Source: Lama guanicoe (Eukaryota). From it: 64,000 nt of DNA. Both the position numbers and the translations under genes were made by a program. Position 1 is the stretch's first letter, and every line of letters starts with the position of its first letter. Of this stretch, positions 1-10,325 are shown in pieces. The notes beneath the pieces were generated by a model. That model did no database searches. It saw only the letters and a list, made by a program, of their open reading frames with translations, and was not told where the DNA came from. The DNA lies in NCBI GenBank assembly GCA_013239625.1, contig MU053629.1, forward strand, positions 2,383,567 through 2,447,566, in the 5' to 3' direction.

Positions 1-1505
1 CCCTCCCCACCACGTGTGATCTCAGGGTGGACCCTGCCCTGCTCCACCCCAGACAACCATTTGATTATGTCACAGCTACAAACACTGGGCATCTGCTGTT
101 GTTACGGTATTTAATCCTCACAACACCCCTCAAAGTAGGTGCTAGTGTTCCCATACTATGGATGAGGAAACTGAGGTGTAAGGAAAATAAGTAAGTTACT
201 TTAAATTAAAACATGGGTAGGTGGTGGGTAGAATTTAACTGGTTGCAGCCATGCTTCCTTTCCAACCCAGCTTCAGCTAGAAACTGCAGGGGAGCCGAGG
301 CCAGAGAGATCTGGCAGTGAGCTGAGAGCCACAAGTTCACTTGTCAATTGGGCTGTGAAGTCTAGGCCCGGCTTGCTCTAGCCCTGGGCCTCCCTATTTG
401 TCTGCCGTGGCCACCCAGCCCCCTGAGTTATAGTGGTGACGGCAGCAGTGGCCATGATCAGGCTCGGGGCAGGCAGGGTGGCCCATGGGGCCGGAACTCC
501 TAGGGAGGGTTTATCTTTGACATCTTGGATTTGTAGCTATTTGGGCTAAAATGGACCCGGGGGCCACCTAGATTACAGAAGATTGAGACTCGAGAGCGAA
601 TCTTCCCAAGCAAGTCCCTTCATAATACCCAGGTCCTCTGACTTGCAGCCATGGCTCCTATGTCACGTCTTATGTGACTGTGTCATGCTCAACCCTTCAC
701 TAGCTGGGGAAAAGTCCTCATTTTGTGGGCGGGGATGATGGACCAAACCACGGGTGTTAGAGGCCACAGGAGCAGGGGCTGGGCTGCAGTCTGCTGCTTT
801 GGCAGAGCAGAATCAGCTTCTCCACTGTGAGGACCCCCAGATGGGACTGAGCCCTGAGCCTCACCTGGGGGCAGAAAAGTCTTAGCCTACCCCCCACCCC
901 CATCACAGGGACAGGCTCCTCTGGGGTTCAGGCTGGATTTCCCATGTGACGCTCACTGTGGCTTCCTGGCTGCCCCTCAGCCCCCTTCCTTACCCTCAGA
1001 AAGGAGATACTGTCCTCCAGACACCCCCACCCAAAGGGCTAGAGGCCCAGCTCTTTCCTGGGCTACCCCCGGGGGTCCTGGGAGAGTGACTGGGGCCAGG
1101 ATAGCGCTTTTCTGGAAGCCAGGTATCAGGCGATCATGGGCTGTCTTCTTCCCACTCCCAGCTAAGCACAAAAGCAGTCTCAGGGCTGCTCATCTATTTG
1201 CAATAGATTGAGGGGTGGTGAGGGCTCATAGCCCATGTTTGGGCAGGAAGACTGAGGCAAAGAGGGCAGCTGCAGAGCAGGGAGCACCTCGGAGTGCAGA
1301 GAGATGACGAAGGCCGTGTGGAGACCGGGAGTGCAGCAGAGGTCCAGACATAGGGAGAGGCCTCCAAGAGAGGGCAGCGTGGGGCACTGGAGCCTGTCAA
1401 GCGAGGATGCAGGTGCAGACCCTGCCTCTGAGTCAGGTGAATGCCCGGGCATCCTCTGCTCTTCCAAGCCTGGTGGGGACTGATGTGGTTCCTTCTCCTT
1501 CCCAG

Positions 1506-1604
1506 GTAAAGGTGGACAAGAGCTGTGCCCTGGAGCATGTGACACGGGACCGCGTGCGGGGGGGCATGCGGCGCCGGCCCCCCACGAGAGTCCATCTGAA
1601 GGAG
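1506..1604 (+). CDS. PLEKHO2: PLEKHO2 penultimate coding exon (99 nt, phase 0/0): VKVDKSCALEHVTRDRVRGGMRRRPPTRVHLKE
   Basis: Polypyrimidine tract + CAG ending at 1505, GTAAAG donor at 1605. Peptide matches the post-PH-domain segment of PLEKHO2 as I recall it. Upstream PH-domain exons are outside the window. Confidence 0.95.
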
Positions 1605-3868
1605 GTAAAGCCTTGCCCCCAGCTTGGATGGGGGTGGGGCCAGTTGAGCCTGGGGCCCCAGCTCCTTAGGGTGGCGGTGGGCTTGGGACCACCTTTTTCC
1701 TGAGGACTCTTGGCATTGGGCTTGCTGGGTGGTGTGCAGCGTGTCGGCACGGGGGCACATGTGTTCTGTGTGCCCTTGGGCCGAGCTGGTGCCTGAGGGA
1801 AACTGAGAGCCCGAGGTTAGTCCCGCCTCTCAGAGCTCAGCTTCCAGCTGGAGAAGAGCCTGTCCACAGACTGATCCAAGCAGTGTGCTGTGTCTAATTT
1901 TTGTACAGAGGGCAGCTCTGGGACGCCGAGCAGGAGGGACCACAGAGGACCCGCAGACGCTTGAGCTGACCCTCGGAGAGTGGGGAAGGTTTCAGTGGGC
2001 AGACCTGAAGTGACAGAGGTCCTGGGTGGCGGGAATGGTGCGAGCTTGAGTCATGGGGCGGTAGAGTTCGAGGCTTGCCCAGTCCCTTTGACTGGGAGAT
2101 GGGTCTGGGAAGGCGGGGTCAGGGGAAGAAATTGTGGAGGTCTTGAAAGCAGGAGCTGGGGGCAGAGTGGCTTCCAGAGGTCAGGTGGAGGCCTTGGGTA
2201 GGGTGGGTTTGGTTGATGGAGGCAAAGAGAGGGGGCCAGAAAATAGAGGGAGAGGGAACCTCCGGCTCTAGGAGGGGGTGAAAAGGGAGGGGCCAGTGGG
2301 AGAGACTCTGGGAAGCAAGAGTCGCCTGGGCTCATGATTGAATATAGGGCTCGGGGTAGTGGACTGGACAGAGAGGGAAGGTTGTCAGAGGCAGCCTACG
2401 TCTGGAGACGGGGCGAACGGAGGCCCTGGGCACAGGGCACTTGGGAGACGTTCTGGGCAAAGGGAAGGGGGAATGGAGACTTTTTTCAGACCAGGGTTAC
2501 TCATGGGGGTAGATGGTTGGGGTCGGGGGAGGTCTTGGACTCCAGGAGAGCACCTCAGCAAATGTGACCTTTGGGGGATCGGGGGCAGTAGGGGGCTAAG
2601 GAAGACAAGCCCGAGAGGCAAATGACATGTCTGTCCAGAGAAAAGGGCACAGGCTTGGGGGTCATCAGCCGGGTTGGCAGCCACAAGTCACAAGGCGGGA
2701 CTGAGGAAAAGGCAGGTGGTGACATTTCAGCACATTTTCTCATAGAAGGAGTCAGCTTAGGGTTGTCATGGGGGTGCAGAGCTGTTGGTTCTGGAGGGAC
2801 AGGGACCGTGGTGGGAGGAGGGAGATGGGAAGGGGCCAAGGACATTGGAGAGTTTGCTTTTGAGATGAGGCAGCCTGTTCATGTCTGTCAGCTGAGGGAA
2901 AAACAGCCTTCAGAGGGAGAGGCTGAAGTAGCCAGAGAGAAGGGGCGTGTCTGAGGGAGGAGCGCACCCTAGGCCCAGGAGGTGCTGGGGAGCCGGCCTT
3001 GGAGAGGGGTGCCCTCTGAGAAGAGATCAGGGAGGGGACTCGTGTCCCAGTAACTGAGTGCATGTGTTAGCCCCATCTCCTGTGTGCGTGTAAAAGTGAG
3101 TGAGAGACCTCCAGGGACCCCGGGTGGGCGTCCTGCCCAGCCTGGCTCCAGGTCCTCTGAGGCTCCCTGGGAGTTGTCCCCATGACCATGGGTCCCCGGG
3201 GCCAGGTGGGGACAGCCGCCTGCTTGGTGCAGCTGTTTTCCTCTGGCAGTCAGCTGTGGTCTGGGCTGCCCGTGTCTGGGGCCACATGTGACAGTGTGAG
3301 GAGAGTGGGCACCGGCTGCTGAGCAGCTGGGCAGGCAAAGGCTGGAGAGATCAGGGCTGGGGGGCTGGCAGACTGGACAGAGGTCTCCAGGGCGAGGAAG
3401 CAGAAGAGAGTGAGCTCAAGGTGATGCAGGAGTTCTGGTAGATGCCTGCTGGCTGTGGGGACCCTGGGTGAGTGGTTGCGGAAAAGGGACCCTCCCAAGG
3501 CCATATAGCCAGATAGGGGCCCGGAACAACACTGGAGCCATGTCCTCTGCCCCTCAGGCCAGCACAATTGCCACTCAAAAGTAACCTATCGCCCAGGCTG
3601 GAAGAAGCCAGGTTGGGGAGCTGAGAAGATACCCTGGCTCTTCCTTCCTGGCCTGTGATTCCAAAACCAGGAATTCTGTGGGAGTGAGAGAAGGTTCATG
3701 AGAGAATCACTTCATCTTCTAACCAATGGCCTTGCAAGCAGGGCAGAGGGCATGGAGAGCGGGGGACCTGGATGGGAAGGCTCGAGTACCCTTGTTAAGT
3801 AGGCATACCTGACCGAGCAGCCAGTCATCCACGTTTACACCCACACCTGCCCCGCTTCCACCCCTCAG

Positions 3869-4885
3869 GTAGCCAATGCCGCTTCCGATGGGCTTTCACG
3901 CCTAGACCTCGATGTTCCGGACAGCGGGCCGCCAGTGTTTGCCCCCAGCGATGATGTCAGTGCAGCCCAGCCCCGGGAGAGACTCCAGCCCCCCATGCCT
4001 CCTACCAAGCCTTCCCCAGCCTCTGAGACGACTAGTCTTGGTGACAGCGTGGAGACCCATGCTGGGGAGAGAGCCCCAACCCCTGTCCCCGCAAGCTCTG
4101 AGGCCCACCCTGAAAGCCAAGAAGACTCAGAGACTCCAGTGGGGAAGGACAGTGGCTCTGAGCAGCCCCCCAACAAGGTCCTGCCTGACAAACTGAAGGT
4201 GAGCTGGGAGAACCCCAGCGCCGAGGAGTCCCCTGACCGTAAGAGTGCAGAACCGTCCCAGCTGCCCTGTTCTGAGACTTCTGAGGCTATTTCCAGGGAG
4301 GGTGGGAAGCCCCCTACACCCCCACCCAAGATCTTATCGGAGAAACTGAGAGCCTCCATGAGTGGCGTGGAGGCTTCTGGGCCAGCCCAGAGTCCTAGGG
4401 CCTCTGAGACCTCTGCCCCAGCCCCAGCACAGGTCTCAGTGAATGGTGTGGATGACATTTCTGAGCCTGTCAAGCCATCCCAGGCCACAGGCACCCCCGG
4501 AACTCCCGCACATGATGCAGCAACATCCACAGCACTGCCCCCCTGGGACCCGCAACCTCGGTTCCATCCCCGCTGCTCCTCCCTGGGGGACCTGCTTGGG
4601 GACGGCCCCCGGCGTCCACGGCAGCCTAGGGAACAGCTGTACCAAGCCCAGCTGGAGGTGAAGGTGGCCTCGGAACAGACGGAGAAACTGTTGAAAAAGG
4701 TGCTGGGCAGTGAGCCGGCCCCTGTGAACGCCGAGTCGTTGCTCAGCCAGGCTGTGGAGCAGCTGAGGCAAGCCACCCAGGTCCTGCAGGAGATGAGAGA
4801 TCTGGGAGAGCTGAGCCAGGAAGCACCTGGGCTACGGGAGAAGCGGAAGGAGCTGGTGACGCTCTACAGGAGGAGCGCGCCCTAG
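3869..4885 (+). CDS. PLEKHO2: PLEKHO2 terminal coding exon: VANAASDGLSRLDLDVPDSGPPVFAP...RCSSLGDLLG...LREKRKELVTLYRRSAP*
   Basis: Acceptor cccctcAG at 3868, in frame with ORF 3935..4885. Pro/Ser/Glu-rich linker and helical C-terminus ending YRRSAP are characteristic of PLEKHO2. Confidence 0.95.
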   Translation, partial: VANAASDGLSRLDLDVPDSGPPVFAPSDDVSAAQPRERLQPPMPPTKPSPASETTSLGDSVETHAGERAPTPVPASSEAHPESQEDSETPVGKDSGSEQPPNKVLPDKLKVSWENPSAEESPDRKSAEPSQLPCSETSEAISREGGKPPTPPPKILSEKLRASMSGVEASGPAQSPRASETSAPAPAQVSVNGVDDISEPVKPSQATGTPGTPAHDAATSTALPPWDPQPRFHPRCSSLGDLLGDGPRRPRQPREQLYQAQLEVKVASEQTEKLLKKVLGSEPAPVNAESLLSQAVEQLRQATQVLQEMRDLGELSQEAPGLREKRKELVTLYRRSAP

Positions 4886-6830
4886 GGCCTGCCGGGCCAG
4901 GCACGGTCCCTCTTGACTGGCTCAGTCCGCCAGAGCCCAGCCCTGCCGAGAAGTGTGCTTCTGCTCAGGCTGTAGAAGCGCCATCAGGCACGCTGGGGAT
5001 TGGCCAGGACCTGCAGAGACTCCTGGGATCCTTCCCGCCCTGCCCGGGCCAGTGGTGCCAGGTACCACCCAGGGCTGCTGTCTGGCCTGGCCTGGCCTCC
5101 GGCTCTGGGCTTGGCTTGGGAGCATACACTCAGGACCTCTGTGCTCGCGTGGTTGCTCCGAACCGCCCCAGGGCCTTGGCACAGCGCTCAGGATTTCTGA
5201 GGGTGGCATCATCTCTGCTTCCCACCCTCAGTAGTTTACATTCCTGACTTCTGAATCGAGCACAGCTGAGCCCCCCTACAGCCTCCATGTCCAGATGTTC
5301 CCGGGCAGAGAGCCTCATGGCAGAGGCAGCTTTAAGCCATAAGCAACCCTCTCCACCCACCTATTCTGAGTAGCTGCCAAGGCCTTGGGTCCAGGCTATA
5401 GTTTCGTCCCTCAGCTGAGTGAGACCTGGAACCCAGCTAGGGCCTCTGAAAGCGGGTGGGAGGCATCTGCGAGAGAAAGCCCTTTGCTGTGTGGCCCCCT
5501 CCCTGGGCCTGTTTCCTATTCTACAGGCCTTCCCCTCTGGTGAGCTGTGACTGGAGGACTCCAGTGGGGAGGAGGAACTCGAAGGGTCTCGTAGACTAGT
5601 CCCTGGCCCTGCACCAGCTTGTGTCCAGCCTTGCACATTCCTGTACAGGTGAACCCCGATGTCAGCATCAGAAAATTCTGTGCATAATCCATTATAAATC
5701 AACCTTCAGAAGAGAAGCTGCCCCAACTTCTGTGCCTCCCAGATGGGATTTATATCTGGATCTCTGTGGTTTCTTCACAATGCAAACAGGTCCAATATCC
5801 CAGTCATTTATGCAAATGCTGATGGGGGTGTGTTGGGGCTTGACACCACTTCCCTCTCCCTTTTTCCCCCCACGCCTCTGGCTCAGGCCCCCCATGGACT
5901 GCTCCTCCTGAACTTCCTTGTGGAAGGAGCATTTTCTCCCTTACCTTTCCTGGTCCATGCCCACACCCTGGGCCTCTCTGACGCTAGGAGCACATCCAGT
6001 CTCCATCCTGCTGCAGTGGCTGGACTGAGGGCAGAGTCTACAGGTGCGGAGGCCCCAAGGGCCACAACCACTCTCCCTGGGGCCTTGGGAGTGGGAGCAG
6101 CTTGACAGGCCTGCTCAGGGGATTTCTGCAAGTGCACTTCTGTTTGCTGAAAGAGAAGGGTCCCAGCTGCATGCTCTGGTCTTCTGGCCCCCCGCCCCCC
6201 CCCAGTCACTGGCCATGCCCACCATGCAGGTAGCTGCCTTCTCTACTTCTGCTTTGTTCTTCTGGGTGGCGGCCGGGGATCGGGAGGGCATGTGTCCACT
6301 CTGCAGCCTACACGAGGCAGGGGTGGGGGCGAGCAGCAACATCGTGTCTCATGAGCCCCCATTGGCCTCCCTCAACCACAATCCTTGAACAGATGAGGCT
6401 CCCATTGCCAGTCTGCCTGTCTCCCATCTGTCTCCAGTACGATAGCAAGAATGTCACCAGGTGCCCACACTCATGTGTCCCCCTGCAGTCTTCCTTTGGG
6501 GAACAGCCTTCCCCCACCAGCAGCCTGGACTGGTGGGGGCTTTAGCCAAGTCATCTGCTCTCAGGGACTTAGTGTCCTCTGATAAGTGACCAGCCTGAGC
6601 AAGGAGCTCTGGGGTTATCTCAGTGGCCTAGTACTGTTGGTTCCTGTGGGGTTCCCATGTCTTGGCAGCCTGGGCCAAGGAGAGGAAGCCAGCTTTCAGT
6701 GGAGGGAGGAGGATCTGGAATACGCAGGGGCTGCCTGGCCTGCCTCCTTGAGGAGGATGGCATTCCATGTCTTCTGCTTATGAAGCGCCTTTCTTGAAGT
6801 TTGGCAATAAATCCCTTTTTATGGAACTTC
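4886..6830 (+). other. PLEKHO2: PLEKHO2 3' UTR (end approximate) with poly(A) signal AATAAA at 6806-6811
   Basis: Repeat-poor unique sequence after the stop, AATAAA followed by T-rich sequence; interspersed repeats begin shortly downstream. Confidence 0.75.
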
Positions 6831-7089
6831 TCTGCTTCAAGCCTATCTGTTGGTGTAGGGACCAGCCCTAGGACCTCACGGAATCAGAGGGTGGGTAGGT
6901 GGAGATTGATCAGGGCATCACCAGTCCTCCAAACTCTGTTCAGGGGCCCCCTTCCCATAGGCTAGCTGGGGGCCTCACCCTCCCACGGTGCGCTGTCTTT
7001 GCCAAACTCAGCCAGGCCCTCCAGTCTCAACCCTCCTACACACGTTTCTATAGCGTAGCGGCTGTCATAAGGAACAATGTTTTTCGATT

Positions 7090-7470
7090 TCTTTTAGTTT
7101 ACTTTTCTATTGAAGTATAGTCAGTTTACAATGTGTGTTAATTTTTGGTGTACAGCATAGTGATTCAGTTATATATATACCTTTTCTTTTCTTTTTTGAT
7201 CTTTTTGTTGGGGGAGGTATTTAGGTTTACTTACTTACTTTTGATGGAGGTCCTGGGGATTGAACCCAGGACCTTGTGCATGCTAAGCATGAGCTCTACC
7301 ACTGAGCTCTACCCTCCTCCCTATATGTACCTTTTCATATTCTTTTCCATTATAGGCTATTGTAAGATATTGAACATAGTTCCCTGTGCTGTACAGTAGG
7401 ACCTTGTTTATGTATTTTATATATAGTAGTTAGTATCTGCAAATCCCAAACTCCCGATTTATCCCTCCTG
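7090..7470 (-). mobile_element. LINE-1 3' end fragment (cetartiodactyl type), interrupted by a SINE
   Basis: ttgaagtatagtcagtttacaat...gtgtacagcatagtgattcag...ttccctgtgctgtacagtaggacc; related copy at 18330-18600. Confidence 0.75.
7187..7321 (-). mobile_element. tRNA-derived SINE (camelid vic-1-like) with 15-bp TSD
   Basis: Reverse strand reads gggtagagctcagtggtagagc...gtcctgggttcaatcccc (Pol III A/B boxes). TSD tatatataccttttc 7172-7186 / tatatgtaccttttc 7322-7336. Confidence 0.85.
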
Positions 7471-7479
7471 CTTTTCTAT

Positions 7480-8300
7480 TTTTAAAAACTTTATTTTGAA
7501 ATAATTTCAAACATAGAGAAAAGTTGCAAGAATAAATATAGTACAAAGACACCCACGTGCTCATTAACCCATTGGCTTATCTTTTGAGCACCTCTCTGTA
7601 ACACACATAGCTTTTCTCTGAATCATTGGAGAATTAGTTGTCATGGCCCCTTCCCCCTAAATACTTCAACGTGTATTTCCTGAAAATAAGTGCATTCTCT
7701 CATTAACCATAGTACAGCTATCAACTTCAGTAAATTTAACACTGTTGCAATACTTAACCATTCATATTCCTATTTTGTCATTAGACCCAAATTACTGGGT
7801 CTAATTATTCTTTAATCATGTTTCCTTTGGTGTAGGGTTGGATATTGTATACATGTCTCTTTAGTCTCCGTTAACCTGAAAACTTCCAAAGCTTTTATCT
7901 TTCATGATGTGGACATTTTTGAAGACTATGCACACACCCCCCCCCAGCTTTTTAATAGAATGTTCCTCATTTGGGGTTTGTCTGTGGTCTCCCATAGTTA
8001 GATCAAGGCTGTGGATTCTCAGCCAGAGAATTGCATAAGTGATAGCAGGTCCTTCTCAGGGCAGCACATCTGGAGACACAACCACCCTCCGTTCCTCACT
8101 GGCAATGTTAATTTCGGTCACCTGATCAGAGTCTAATTTTTCTTCTGTATAGTAACGTAGTTTTCTCTGGTATCTAATAAGCAATCTGGGAGACATTTAA
8201 AGACCATATACAAATATGTTGCACCTCATCAAGAATTTCCCCCTAGGTCTAGTCTCCATTGATGATAATTGACTGAACAGGTGTTTCCTATAACGGTTCA
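7480..8300 (-). mobile_element. Old LINE-1 (L1MC/L1ME-like) 3' region
   Basis: ttattttgaaataatttcaaacatagagaaaagttgcaagaata and following AT-rich sequence typical of old L1 3' ends; boundaries approximate. Confidence 0.6.
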
Positions 8301-9319
8301 AAACGATTCCAGCTGTCACTTTAACCTCAGAGCCTGGTCCTGGTTGGGGTGAGCCCGGGCTCTGCCTTATGCCCGTGGCGCTCCTAACGCCTCTCAGCAG
8401 GACCCTGAGGCTTTGCTGAGCACTCCTTTGGAAGACCCTGGGCTAGTGGACAGAGCTCCAAGTCAAGCTACCAAATCAAGTCAAGCTGCTAGGAACGTGT
8501 CAAGTCCTACCCAGGGATCTCGGTGAATCTCAGCCTCTGGGGGCCTAAATTTCCTCATTCATGAAAGGAGAATTGCAGGCCCCCCTGCTCCCGATGCGGG
8601 AAAGCACCGCTGTGCTCACCAAAGACCGGCTCCTCTCCTTCTCTGTGAGGGCTGCTGGACAGGCCCGGTGGCCAACACAACAGGAAGCACCTGACCCGGG
8701 GCTTACTGACTGTTCTGTGACCCTCATGTCCCTGCTGAATTCCCCTGCCACTGGCCTGACGGGTAGCCGCCACACCAAGTGGGTGGCCTGCAGAAGCTGG
8801 GGGGCCCTGACAAATCATTTCACCTCCTCTGTGAGGAGGAACCAAGGTAAGGGGGAGAAGTTCTTTTATTGATGGGGGCATGCCCCCCCACCCCGGTCTA
8901 GGAACCAGGTCTCCTGTGAGGGCCTCCTTGAAGGGAGCAGTTGCTGGGAAGGTGTCGGTGGCTAGCCAGCAGCAAGGTTGAGGAAGGATGTGGTAAGAAC
9001 TTTCCTTCCTTCTGGCCCTGGGGACTGGGGGCCTGTGCAGAGAAGTGGAGCCTTTTTTGTTGTTTCTGTTTTTTTTTTTTTTAAATACTTTAGTGGCCTG
9101 AAGTCCTGTGGGGTTTTACAAACCACAGTGTGGCCGCCTCCAGGCAGGACCCAGGATGGTGGGGAGGGCCTGGTGGAGGAAGGGACTCCAGATCGTCCCT
9201 TCCTCCGCCCTCACCCAAGCCTGGGCCCTGGAAGCTCCGTGTGTCTTTCTGGAGCCACCATATTTTGTGCCCTCCTCCAAGTCTTGTCTTCCTGCCTCTC
9301 TGCCTTCCCAACCCCTACT

Positions 9320-9489
9320 GTTTTTTATTTTTTAAAAAATTTTTTTATTGAGTTATAGTCATTTTACAATGTTGTGTCAAATTCCAGTGTAGAGCACAAT
9401 TTTTCAGTTATGCATGAACGTACATATATTCATTCTGACTTTTGTTTTCACTGCGAGCTATCACAAGATCTTGTATATATTTCCCTGTG
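9320..9489 (-). mobile_element. Young 5'-truncated LINE-1 3' tail with TSD
   Basis: Poly(T) + ttattgagttatagtcattttacaatgttgtg...; TSD ttcccaacccctact 9305-9319 / ttcccaaccactact 9490-9504. Confidence 0.8.
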
Positions 9490-10313
9490 TTCCCAACCAC
9501 TACTCTTATGTCCCTGACAGGAGACATGTCAGAGACATGAGACAGGGTTGTCAGAAAAAGACCTCATGAACTCACTCAAGTGAGGCCCACGAGCCTCCCC
9601 TCTCCCTCTCCTGTGTCTCTGAGACTTTATGAGGCAGCTCTGTGGAGGAACATGGAGGGTGAAGAGGTGACAGTGGAAATTCCACCCTGTCATCATAATT
9701 TTATTAAATGAACAAAATTCCTGGAGGGAGTAGCAGGGTATGAGTAGAAAAACACATGACTTTAGATTTGGAGGCAGAGTCAAACCTCAGCCATGAATGT
9801 GTCACCTTAGGCAAATGGGCCTCAGTTTTCCCTGTCTGTCAAATGGGCTAATGCTCCCTTCTTCACAGGATTGCTGTGGAACACTTAGCCCTTGGCCTGC
9901 CTCATAGAAAATGAGGTTGTTAAACCCCAGCAGCCTGGCCTCACAGAGCACCTACCATTTGGCAGGCCAATTTTGGTCTCTCATTGTCAGCACAGCGGTC
10001 TCTTGTGGAAGATTTATTTCTGTTCACTCCATTTGCAGGTTAGAAAACTGAAGTTTGAACAGCTTAGGCAACCACAAGTTAGTGTTGGGGCCAGGGATTT
10101 GACACCCTGGGTTCCTGGCCTGGGGCTCCAAATGACTGCTTCCTGTTTCTTCTCTGGAGAGTCTGTGACTTCAGATGCACGCTTAGCCCAGGGGCCTTCT
10201 GGCTGACTGGTGGTGGGGGGGCCGGGGCATCCCCACCTTTCCTGGGGCCTGAAGGACACCCGGAGGCTAGCCTGGCTCTCTGCCAGCCCAAGGGCGAGGC
10301 TCAGGAGGCGCTT

Positions 10314-10325
10314 CCCTTATAAGGG
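10314..10325. promoter_or_regulatory. Perfect CArG box (SRF consensus CC(A/T)6GG) in palindrome CCCTTATAAGGG
   Basis: Motif match only, in a locally CpG-enriched stretch. Confidence 0.4.

Noticed and set aside
3865..4776. 303-aa antisense ORF
   Set aside because: Shadow of the PLEKHO2 terminal exon; low-complexity, no recognisable domain.
7240..7320. tRNA gene (also 32670-32745, 36635-36705, 46370-46440, 55050-55120)
   Set aside because: A/B boxes present, but degenerate stems, shared non-tRNA tails, poly(A) and TSDs identify them as SINEs.
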